Source: a bacterium
GTDB taxonomy: Bacteria > Patescibacteriota > Saccharimonadia > UBA4664
NCBI GenBank assembly: GCA_016699105.1
Contig: CP064960.1
Location: 683,696 to 747,695, forward strand
Reading direction: 5' to 3'
Length of the DNA stretch: 64,000 nt
The stretch's first letter is position 1. The number at the start of each line of letters is the position of its first letter. The notes beneath the pieces were generated by a model. The model was given only the letters and a program-made list of their open reading frames with translations, searched no databases and was not told the DNA's origin. Position numbers and translations under genes: made by a program. Of this stretch, positions 37,401 to 45,539 are shown piece by piece.

Positions 37401-38800
37401 AACGCATGGTGATATTAAAACGAATACTTATGGGATTCGGCTACGGTGTACTGGGTCTCGCAGTTGTAATGATGACCTTTGCACTGGTCGCGTATGGTAA
37501 TGACTATACGTATGATTGGCAGACTGGTCAGATCGTGCAGCGGGGACATGTCATCTTGGCCTCATTGCCGTCGCGTATAAAGGTTAAAGCCGATGGTAAA
37601 TTGCTCGGAGATAAGACCCCCTATCAAGCGGTTTGGGATGTGGGTGATCATACCTTTGAACTAGCCCGCGACGGTTACCGGACGTGGAAAAAGACAGTCA
37701 GCGTAGTTGCTGGACAAGTGACGCTGATTAACTATGCCATTTTGGTGCCCAATGAAATCAGAAAAACCATCCAGGATACGCGTGAACAAATCGGGGCGCC
37801 GGTAGTATCCAGTGACCGTCGTCACCTTGCATATATCGTGCCGGGGACTTCGCCGGCAGTCTATATTATGGATGTTGGTAGCGGTCAACCAATTAAGCAG
37901 TACCAAGCACGGGCGGCTAGCGGCGAAGTGTCCCAAGAAGTACTCGAAAGCGTCGTCTGGTCGGAAGATGCTTCGCATTTACTGGTGCGCTCAAAAATAG
38001 GGCCCACCACGACCTATCGGATATTGGCTGCTGGTGGTGGTGAAATTATTAATTTAACTGACATCTTCAAATTCGATTTTTCGGGCATTGCGTTTTCTGG
38101 TAGCAATTGGCGGCAATTGTACTGGATTTCGCCGGAAGGGTTGCGCCGTGTCGATGTAGATAGCCGATCGGTATCGGCAGTTCTGGCTGATAATGTCAGT
38201 CAGTTCTGGATTGCTGGGGAGCGGACACTATTCGTGCGTAAAGTGTTGGCGGTACCATCACTTTGGAGTATTGATCGCTCGGGACGACAGCAACAATTGA
38301 TAGCGGCGCTGACAGCTAGTGATTCATATAGCGTGACTTATGCCAATTTTGACGGCAGCGACGAGCTGGCAGTTGTACCAAGAACGGCTCGGGTGGGAAC
38401 ACTTTACCGTAATATATTTAGTGATAACCCTACGACACGGGTTATTGCGCGCGATGTAGATGCTGCTAGCTTTTCGCCCGATGGTCATTTGGTGGTATTC
38501 TATTCACCGCTCAAGCAAGTAGCTTATGATATCAAACGCAATGATTTAACCGGCGAGGATGCCAGCTACGAATGGCGGGATCAGCCAGACAGCTTAGCGT
38601 CGTTGACCTGGTTTGATAATTATCATCTGTTATCGGTCCGGGGTGGCAAACTATACTTGAGTGAATATGATGGTTTCAACGTTGTTGAGCTGGCTGCGAT
38701 AAGTGGATTGCTGGCATCGGCCACCAATGATTACAAATCAGTTATTCACACATCTCCGGTGACTGGCGGCGTGGCGATAACAGTATCCGAGATTCGCTAA
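37397..38800 (+). CDS. PEGA-domain protein with C-terminal beta-propeller-like (TolB/WD40-like) domain, N-terminal signal anchor
   Basis: TM LMGFGYGVLGLAVVMMTF. PEGA-like segment IKVKADGKLLGDKTPYQAVWDVGDHTFELARDGYRTWKKTVSV. The rest is beta-rich, with repeated hydrophobic-Gly/Asp patterns. Confidence 0.5.
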   Translation: MKRMVILKRILMGFGYGVLGLAVVMMTFALVAYGNDYTYDWQTGQIVQRGHVILASLPSRIKVKADGKLLGDKTPYQAVWDVGDHTFELARDGYRTWKKTVSVVAGQVTLINYAILVPNEIRKTIQDTREQIGAPVVSSDRRHLAYIVPGTSPAVYIMDVGSGQPIKQYQARAASGEVSQEVLESVVWSEDASHLLVRSKIGPTTTYRILAAGGGEIINLTDIFKFDFSGIAFSGSNWRQLYWISPEGLRRVDVDSRSVSAVLADNVSQFWIAGERTLFVRKVLAVPSLWSIDRSGRQQQLIAALTASDSYSVTYANFDGSDELAVVPRTARVGTLYRNIFSDNPTTRVIARDVDAASFSPDGHLVVFYSPLKQVAYDIKRNDLTGEDASYEWRDQPDSLASLTWFDNYHLLSVRGGKLYLSEYDGFNVVELAAISGLLASATNDYKSVIHTSPVTGGVAITVSEIR

Positions 38801-39841
38801 TCGCTTTCGGGGAAGAGGTTGTTCCAGAATTCGCCGACCCCGTTTTTGACGGTGCTCCAGAAGCCATTTTTACTCCCAGAAGGCAGCTCAGTGTCAGCGG
38901 CGGCGGGAGTCGGCGTCGGGCTGGCTACGACTACAGTGGTAACTGGCTTAGGTCAATTTGTTTAGCTGATATCACCAGGCGCCTTAGACTGGTACCGGCA
39001 GGTGCAGGTGATGAGCGTTAGGGTTGGTTCGGCTGTTGGTGCTAACACTTCGATAGCATTCGGTTCCACGATTTTGCTACCAGTCACCTCGTAGGTATAG
39101 CGCCGGGACTGATAATCAACAGTCATTTTGTCACCCGGTACTAACCGATCGAGCAGTACAAACACAAACTTATAGTCCCCGGTTCCCACCAGTCGTTCGA
39201 GGAGTGGCCGAAGATGGCCACATTACCAAATTGACCAGGCAAGCTGGTCGTTGCGTAATGCACGACACCTGTCTCCAGAGCCCGTTGAAACTCAGCTTCG
39301 GCCGTGGCAGAAATGTATTGAACCGGCGCATGCACCCCGATTTTAGGAATGGATACGGTATTTTCGGCTGGTACTTTGGCGGAGACGGCTGGCGTCGGGC
39401 TAGCTACGGGTCCAGACAGGGCATACGACACTTGTGAGACGAACACCGGTGCCTTGAAGATGATGAGTACGAGCAAAAGACTGTTAGCGCAGTGGCCAAC
39501 GGTATGACAAAGCCGGGTAAGTGCATATGAGTCGTCTGGGGAGCTAGGTCGGGCCGCTGGGCTAATTGGTGCTTATTGGTGATGAGCTTGGCTGTGGGCG
39601 CCGCCGGCAGGCGGTCACCGTGAATGACGGTGTGCGGGCTGGGAATGGTTTGTAACCGTTGCCGCACGATATCAGCTTCGGCGGGCCGATTGGCTGGGCG
39701 TTCAGGAACTGGCGGCGTGATATTGATCGGACCAGAGCTTTTGGGCAGCTCATACGTACCGATAGTATCAGGATCGGGATTGCTACCCGATCCAGCGCGG
39801 CGGAGTGAATCAAGATTGAGGGTGTTATTGGGCTCAGACAT
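38797..39841 (-). pseudogene. Second sortase paralog with at least four frameshifts (probable pseudogene, or heavily error-affected)
   Basis: Pieces in ORFs 39404..39841 (cytoplasmic N-terminus plus TM), 39141..39476 (VHYATTSLPGQFGNVAIFGHSSNDWW) and 38962..39189 (TLTLITCT), plus further out-of-frame 3' segments (LVISAKQIDL...; ...KNGFWSTVKNGVGEFWNNLFPES) that parallel the C-terminus of sortase 36538..37400. About 75% nucleotide identity with the paralog over the catalytic region. One indel is not in a homopolymer. Confidence 0.5.
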
Positions 39842-39903
39842 ATGATATGTTGGTTGTTGTTACGACTGGTGGACTTTACCATTATATCGGAAAAAACCAA
39901 TAT

Positions 39904-39987
39904 GCCGCTGTGGTGGAATGGTAGACACGCACGACTCAAAATCGTGTGAGGCAACTCATGTCGGTTCGAGTCCGACCAGCGGTACCA
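39904..39987 (+). tRNA. tRNA-Leu (anticodon CAA), type II with long variable arm
   Basis: Acceptor GCCGCTG/CAGCGGT. Anticodon stem CACGA/TCGTG with loop CTCAAAA (CAA). Variable arm TGAG-gcaa-CTCA. T-arm GTCGG TTCGAGT CCGAC. Discriminator A, encoded CCA. Confidence 0.85.
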
Positions 39988-40001
39988 GTGTTCTTATGCC
40001 T

Positions 40002-40024
40002 AAAAGACCCTTAGGTCTTTTTTT
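40002..40024 (+). terminator. Rho-independent terminator after tRNA-Leu
   Basis: AAAAGACC ctta GGTCTTTT perfect 8-bp stem with a 4-nt loop, followed by a T-tract (7 T in total). Confidence 0.6.
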
Positions 40025-40032
40025 GTTATCAT

Positions 40033-40746
40033 ATGGATATGCGGATATCTAATCAGTCAATTATTGATGAATGGTCGGAATTTTCTAAAGAAGACTTAAT
40101 AGCGTTTAGTGACGACGGCGACAGCGATCGTGTAAGCTTGCTTGATCCTAATATTATTAGTCTAGCCGGGGAAATTAAAGGTCGAAGAGTACTGGACGCT
40201 GGATGCGGCAACGGATATCTTTCTCGTAAACTTGCTATGCTTGGTGCTGTTGTGACAGGGGTTGAGCCTAGCAATAATCTTTTCCGCTATTGCTCAGAGA
40301 AAGAGCGGGAGGCGCCTCTTGGTATAACTTACATGCAATGCGACCTAAGCAAGATGGAATTGAACGAAGAGTATGATCTCGTTGTGCTAATTAATGTATT
40401 GATGGATATTCCCGAATATCAGACAGCTCTCGTAAATTGCATTAAAGTCCTAAAGCCGGGAGGAGAAGTAATAATCTCCATACTTCATCCGTGCTTTCCT
40501 GGGTCTGAATCTGATTGGAAGAATACAGGCTACGTGCAAGTGAGAGAATATTTTGATGCGCCACCAATTAAACAGAAATATGGATACCTTATAACGCGCC
40601 CTATCCAGGATTATTTCAATGTACTTATCGAAAACAGCTGTGTAATTCAAAGGGTTATTGAACCCCGGCAGCTTGAGTGGCTCTCGGAATGCCCATGTGC
40701 CGCAATTCTTAATGATAAAAGCGAAAAAAAAGCATTGAATGAGTAA
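40033..40746 (+). CDS. Class I SAM-dependent methyltransferase (Methyltransf_11/25-like)
   Basis: Motif I VLDAGCGNGYLSRKLAMLGAVVTGVEPS, motif II DLVVLINVL, motif III LKPGGEVII. The gene is AT-rich compared with its flanks, by eye. Confidence 0.8.
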   Translation: MDMRISNQSIIDEWSEFSKEDLIAFSDDGDSDRVSLLDPNIISLAGEIKGRRVLDAGCGNGYLSRKLAMLGAVVTGVEPSNNLFRYCSEKEREAPLGITYMQCDLSKMELNEEYDLVVLINVLMDIPEYQTALVNCIKVLKPGGEVIISILHPCFPGSESDWKNTGYVQVREYFDAPPIKQKYGYLITRPIQDYFNVLIENSCVIQRVIEPRQLEWLSECPCAAILNDKSEKKALNE

Positions 40747-40815
40747 GTAATATTTAACAACGTCTTGACGTTATGACGTTATTAAGATATAATGATCTCA
40801 AATTAGGAGAGCACC

Positions 40816-41045
40816 ATGGCGACTCTAACCGAACGAACAACAGTATACCTAAACCCCTACGTCAAAAATATTTGCAACATGAAGCAGTGGAACAAAATAA
40901 ATCGATCTCAGAGCTGATTAATGACCAACTTGCTGAGCTCCTTGAAGATGCAGAGGATGCGACGATTATAAACGAGCGCAAGAACGAGCCATTGCTGGCT
41001 TGGGATAAAGTCAAAGCTGCCTTGGTACGTGACGGATTGCTCTAG
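40816..41045 (+). CDS. Ribbon-helix-helix type II antitoxin (partner of RelE/ParE), with an early frameshift
   Basis: AGGAGA at 40805-40810 precedes ATG 40816 (MATLTERTTVYLNPYVKNI...). After a +/-1 shift it continues as LQHEAVEQNKSISELINDQLAELLEDAEDATIINERKNEPLLAWDKVKAALVRDGLL. It ends 3 nt before the toxin start. Confidence 0.5.
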
Positions 41046-41048
41046 CAA

Positions 41049-41302
41049 ATGCTTTATACAGTAACCTTCCGGACCAGTGCCGTTAAGGAATTGCGGAAAC
41101 TGCCTATTGCTGCTCGCAACCAGGTCTCGGAGGTAATTGATTCTCTAGCTCTCGAGCCTCGACCGCATGGTGTAAAAAGTTGGCGGGAGTCGATGCCTGG
41201 CGAATCAGAGTTGGTGACTATCGGGTTATCTATTCAATTTTAGATAGGCAACTAGTGGTCGAGATCATTAAAATCGGCAATCGTCGGGAAGTTTATCGAT
41301 AG
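41049..41302 (+). CDS. RelE/ParE-family type II toxin, frameshifted near 41205
   Basis: MLYTVTFRTSAVKELRKLPIAARNQVSEVIDSLALEPRPHGVKSW in frame 1. The conserved C-terminus IRVGDYRVIYSILDRQLVVEIIKIGNRREVYR is in a second frame ending at TAG 41300-41302. Confidence 0.6.
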
Positions 41303-41415
41303 AGCGGCGGTTTCAACATAGCCCAGATTTTCTGTCGCCATATTTGCACAAGCAAGCGCGCATTAGAGGACTCAATAGTAAGGCTTCGTACTGACAATGT
41401 GTATATAAAGTTGAA

Positions 41416-41440
41416 CCCTGGCCAAGGTATATGGCCAGGG
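41416..41440 (-). terminator. Hairpin (9-bp stem CCCTGGCCA / TGGCCAGGG, 7-nt loop) just past the 3' end of the minus-strand gene 41469..42344
   Basis: Perfect inverted repeat. On the minus strand it is followed by TTCAACTTTATATA. Confidence 0.4.
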
Positions 41441-41468
41441 GCGGTTGTGGGTGAGTTGTGGGTATTCG

Positions 41469-42344
41469 TTAACTCGCCGGTATGGCGCGGAGCGGCGCGC
41501 TGGACAGCTCGTTCTGCAGGTTCTCCGGCAGCGCGAATGGCCTATAGGCTCCAAACAAGGCTACACGTAGCCTGTGGGTGGCCAGCTCGTGATACATTTG
41601 CGGTGTAAACGGCTGAGCGATTCTACCGCGTGGCCCCGCCTGGGTGACGAGATGATAGAACATGATCTTGTCGCGGGCGGTTGGCCGATGGTGCGTAATG
41701 CCGCAGTGCTGGCGGTTATTGGCAAGCATGCTCGTAATGATGGCGTCTCCAAGATAACCTTGCTCCTTAACCCAGGCACGAGCAGCTTGAGTTGGCTGCC
41801 TCGCCGAAGTACTCGTCATGGTGAAGTGATCGTTGGGCAGGTGCAGGTGTCCCAGCCAGATGGCATGAGCGAGGCTTGGAATCGGATCCGGTTGGCCATC
41901 AAACTGGGCGCCAATGCCTTCCGCGTCACCGTGCCAGTCAAACAGAAGCCGGCCAATCTGGGGGTCGAACAGGGGCCAGACGTAATTGTTTGAGCCAGGC
42001 TGGTCTTCACTGTTGTGATCACATAATACCACTGGTGCGCCTTGTTCCTTCATGCCAAGAAGCATTGAGAACCGTTGGTCATAGGCGTGGGCGCCCGAGC
42101 CAGTGGTGTACATTGTGTAATCGTGGCGCCAAGAAGATACGACGTGCTCGGCTCGGACTCGCTCTTCCCAGTCTCGGGCGGCTTGATCAAAAGCACTAAA
42201 GTATTCGACGAAGACTGCCTCCATATTTGGGGTGAGGGGTGCATGGGCATCAGTGGTCACAATAACGCTCTCAGGATGCGACATGGCTAATTTATACCAC
42301 TGATTATGGTATGGTGATAGTCTTTTCGTTTGAATAATTGGCAC
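41469..42344 (-). CDS. Putative calcineurin-like metallophosphoesterase (hypothetical); the likely start is MSHPESV around 42284
   Basis: VIVTTDAHAP (D-x-H) and AIWLGHLHLPNDH (GHxH) are the only recognisable motifs. By eye the gene is GC-richer than the adjacent AT-rich methyltransferase and RelE/ParE-antitoxin genes. Confidence 0.4.
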   Translation of the reverse strand: MPIIQTKRLSPYHNQWYKLAMSHPESVIVTTDAHAPLTPNMEAVFVEYFSAFDQAARDWEERVRAEHVVSSWRHDYTMYTTGSGAHAYDQRFSMLLGMKEQGAPVVLCDHNSEDQPGSNNYVWPLFDPQIGRLLFDWHGDAEGIGAQFDGQPDPIPSLAHAIWLGHLHLPNDHFTMTSTSARQPTQAARAWVKEQGYLGDAIITSMLANNRQHCGITHHRPTARDKIMFYHLVTQAGPRGRIAQPFTPQMYHELATHRLRVALFGAYRPFALPENLQNELSSAPLRAIPAS

Positions 42345-43122
42345 AGCCCTGATCGGCCGTGATCATACAAGCTTTGACATGCCAGGTGCCCGGTACATTG
42401 GGGATGCTGCCAGAACTGGCATTACTCCATACAGCCGGGTAAGTTTGGCTTTGGTCGGTTGGGTAGACGGGATTGGCGTGAGTCGCCCAGACGAGTCGAA
42501 ACCCGTAGGGCGCGTAGCCTTCGACGGTCCAGTGGAAGCCCCCGTTTGAAGTTGATGGTAATAATGTGATGGATCCGCTGGTTTCGGCAGCTACATTATT
42601 GGTTTCGAGTGCAATGGTATTGGAGCAGTCTGTTATCCCTGAGACGCCATTGTTGGCGGCTTGGTAAAATCCACACACTCTGAAGAACCGTAGCTGTCCA
42701 TCGCCAACTTTCCAACGAGCTGATCGGGCGGTTGGACTGGCAATAAATTTATAATTGGTAGTCACATTGCCGACGGAATCACCAATGATGAGTTTGAAAC
42801 CATGGCTAACGTCATAACCAGCTACATCCCAGTCTAAGAGCACCCCGTCACTCGTTGTATCGCCATCAAGCGTAAAAAATCTGCTAGGGGTGGGTATGGG
42901 TGTGGACGAAGTGTCTGGTGCTGATTTGGTTGCTGGTGTGATGCTTGGTTCCGGCGAGATAGACGTGGAGCTAATTGGTGATGGTGCGGGTGATGGTTGG
43001 GTAATGCTGTGGTTGTCGGATTTCGGCAAAGTGCGGCTATAGGCAAAAACGCCGCCAACTACTAGTAGAGTAATGGCTGTGCCGGCCAGGAGTGATGTGC
43101 GGTTGACGGCGGGTAATTTCAT
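42304..43122 (-). CDS. Secreted/membrane-anchored protein with PT linker and two tandem ~90-aa beta-rich repeats
   Basis: Signal anchor LLAGTAITLLVVGGVFA and linker PSPAPSPISSTSISPEPS. The repeated module is GVLLDWDVAGYDVSHGFKLI...FFRVCGF...DC and GGFHWTVEGYAPYGFRLVW...KACMITADQGC. Confidence 0.5.
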   Translation of the reverse strand: MKLPAVNRTSLLAGTAITLLVVGGVFAYSRTLPKSDNHSITQPSPAPSPISSTSISPEPSITPATKSAPDTSSTPIPTPSRFFTLDGDTTSDGVLLDWDVAGYDVSHGFKLIIGDSVGNVTTNYKFIASPTARSARWKVGDGQLRFFRVCGFYQAANNGVSGITDCSNTIALETNNVAAETSGSITLLPSTSNGGFHWTVEGYAPYGFRLVWATHANPVYPTDQSQTYPAVWSNASSGSIPNVPGTWHVKACMITADQGCANYSNEKTITIP

Positions 43123-43197
43123 TCTTTTTCAATTAAAGCACAACTAAAATAAAGCGTATGTAGGGTATATTAAAAATTAGGCGCAAAGTGTTCTATT

Positions 43198-43835
43198 TTA
43201 GGCTTTGAGCGGTAGCAGCGCGTAACCTTGAGCGCGAATTGCTTGGATCAATTCAGGCAAAATGGCAATAGTGTTGTCGGCGTGGATGTGCATCAAAATG
43301 ACGGCGCCCGGGTGCAGTTCGTTGGTGATTTTGGCGATAATTTCCTCACCGGACACGCCCTGCCAATCATCACTATCGATGCTCCAGTAGGCAATTTTCT
43401 TGCCTAAGCCATGCACAATATCCCGGATGCGTTGATTGTAGCGACCCATAGGTGGCCGAACGAACTCGGTGTCGGGGCCGCCGGTAATTTCAGCTAAGAC
43501 TTCGGCACTCGATAACTCGAGGAGATTGGGATGGGTGGTGGTGTGGTTTCCGATGATATGGCCAGATTGAGCGAGCCGGTTGACCAATTCAGGATGTTGC
43601 TTGGCCCAATCGCCTTGCAAAAGAACATCGCCTGGACGTTGGCTGATTTGAGGTGCGCAAGTATCTGGTCAATTTGGCTCGCACTTCCGTAATCGTCAAA
43701 CGTCAGGACAACTTCTGGGCTGTGACGATAGACGAATTTTTCATCGCGCGTGGCACCAACACGCCAGTCGGCATAGCGGCGCAAAACAGCTGATTTAGCG
43801 AATTTGAAACGGTTGCTAAAATTGATATTTGTCAT
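43198..43835 (-). CDS. Polysaccharide deacetylase (CE4), split by a frameshift near 43560
   Basis: ORF 43494..43835 has VVLTFDDYGSASQIDQILAHLKSANVQAMFF. ORF 43198..43620 has IIGNHTTTHPNL ... EFVRPPMGRYN ... AVILMHIHADNT. The two are in different frames. Confidence 0.65.
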
Positions 43836-43918
43836 AGGTGTAGAAAGTCTTGTGCTATCTTATGGATTTTGCTATATTATAGCTCTTACTCAAGAGTGTC
43901 AATGCTGGTGGATATTTC

Positions 43919-44971
43919 GTGAACAAAACCCTGCCATATATCAGTGTCGTCATCAATTCGTACAACGGTGCGGGTACTATCGCGCGGACTATTGATTCTT
44001 TCCGCAAACAATCCTACCCATCGGATCGTTTTGAGATAATTGTCGTTAATGACGGCTCAAGTGATGATACTGCTGATATAGCACGACTACACGGAGCGAA
44101 GGTTGTGCAACTTACCGTAAATCGGGGAATCTCGGCTGCTCGTAATGCCGGGCTCGATGCTGCTCGTGGCGAGATTTTCGTAGCCTCTGACGATGACTGT
44201 ATTGCTCAAGCTGATTTGTTGGTTCACGTGGTTCGAGGCTACCGCCACGGTAATCCGCTCGGTGTCGGCAGTTTTTTGGTGCCGTCACGAGCAGCCCGGT
44301 CTTTGATTGAGGAGTACATGAACGAAACCGCCACTGGTATGGAATCGGCACTCGTGAAAACATTTGGGGGAAGTCCCCTATCTCGTTTTTGGCATTATCT
44401 CGTGACTAAAATTAAGATTCCCGCCGCTATACCAGAAATTATGCCAGTGGATGTGCTCTATGGAGCTACCGGAACATTTCGGGTGGCAGATTTGCGAGCT
44501 GTCGGTGGCTGGGACGTGGCCATGTCAGGTATTGAAGACCGAGACGTGTGTATGCGGCTACATGCAGCATTTCCGGATCGTCAATTTATGCTAATGCGCG
44601 ATGCTCATATGGTGCACGATCCCGACATGAGCTTGTGGCAATATTTGCTCAGGCCATTTCGGCGGGGACCTCGTAATCTCGAGTTTCACCAGCGCTATCA
44701 TTTGTTGCCACCATTATTCCCTATGCCCTTATTGGCCGCTACGATGTTGGCTTACGGCGCGTGGCACCATCCTCTGTTGGCATTGACCTTATTGCTCGTT
44801 GGCCCGCAAGTATTGTACTTCTGGTGGCCGGTGCGAGCGTATCGTCGGCGTGACGTGGGTTTGCTCTTGTTTACCTACATTCAGCTAGCCGAAGAGTCGA
44901 TGGTTATTCTAGGTTTAATTCGCGGTTTACACGTCCCATCCGACATCCGTATCGTTCATTTTCGCGGATGA
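43919..44971 (+). CDS. GT2-family glycosyltransferase with C-terminal TM helices
   Basis: ISVVINSYNGAGTIARTIDSF, IIVVNDGSSD and ASDDDC (DXD) in the N-terminal GT-A domain. Hydrophobic C-terminal third. Confidence 0.75.
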   Translation: MNKTLPYISVVINSYNGAGTIARTIDSFRKQSYPSDRFEIIVVNDGSSDDTADIARLHGAKVVQLTVNRGISAARNAGLDAARGEIFVASDDDCIAQADLLVHVVRGYRHGNPLGVGSFLVPSRAARSLIEEYMNETATGMESALVKTFGGSPLSRFWHYLVTKIKIPAAIPEIMPVDVLYGATGTFRVADLRAVGGWDVAMSGIEDRDVCMRLHAAFPDRQFMLMRDAHMVHDPDMSLWQYLLRPFRRGPRNLEFHQRYHLLPPLFPMPLLAATMLAYGAWHHPLLALTLLLVGPQVLYFWWPVRAYRRRDVGLLLFTYIQLAEESMVILGLIRGLHVPSDIRIVHFRG

Positions 44972-45028
44972 TGTCGCGGATCATTATCGATTAAAAAGTA
45001 TACAAAACTGGCTGCATGTGTGTAACAT

Positions 45029-45451
45029 GTGGTTATGAAACCGCTTATGTATTTTTTTCGATTATTAGCTGCTCAGATAGCCGTGACATACGGTCTGTTG
45101 CTTTTTCAAACAATGGTATTGGCCGGTAACACAAAATACTTTGGAGATTCAACATTAGTTGGTAGTACCCAGCTCAATAGCAATATCTATTTGGCAAAAA
45201 TTCTGCTGATTGTGGGCGTCTTGATGGGGGCAGTAGTATGGCTCGGGTATATTGCTTACAAGAGACGTTGGTTGTGGCTCGTTGGCCTGATAGTTACCGG
45301 CGAGTTGGTAGTTGTGGTTGGGACGTTGTCGATGTTGGCGAACGCAGCTCACGCTGTTAGTGCTGTAATTACTGGAGTGGTGTTGGCTAGCGCTGTGGTG
45401 GTTGCTGGTGTATTAGCAATGCGTCCAGCTGCGACGACGCGACGAAAATAG
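45029..45451 (+). CDS. Small integral membrane protein (4 TM), hypothetical
   Basis: 140 aa, four hydrophobic helices, no motif. Confidence 0.45.
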   Translation: MVMKPLMYFFRLLAAQIAVTYGLLLFQTMVLAGNTKYFGDSTLVGSTQLNSNIYLAKILLIVGVLMGAVVWLGYIAYKRRWLWLVGLIVTGELVVVVGTLSMLANAAHAVSAVITGVVLASAVVVAGVLAMRPAATTRRK

Positions 45452-45539
45452 TTCAATGTAGTAAACAAATCTGGAGCGCTCTGTATTTATATACTACTTA
45501 AGCTTATAATAGGTGTGATCATTAACTTGGGAAACACAC

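Noticed and set aside
41574-42290. Plus-strand ORFs (41574..41993, 41876..42199, 42075..42290) in the GC-rich segment
   Set aside because: They are antisense to the phosphoesterase-like gene. High GC inflates spurious ORF length.
39904-43122. Integrase, transposase or att-site duplication next to tRNA-Leu or tRNA-Glu
   Set aside because: I looked for tyrosine/serine recombinase motifs, DDE transposase ORFs and a repeat of either tRNA 3' end downstream. None were seen, so mobility of the tRNA-Leu-adjacent region is unproven.
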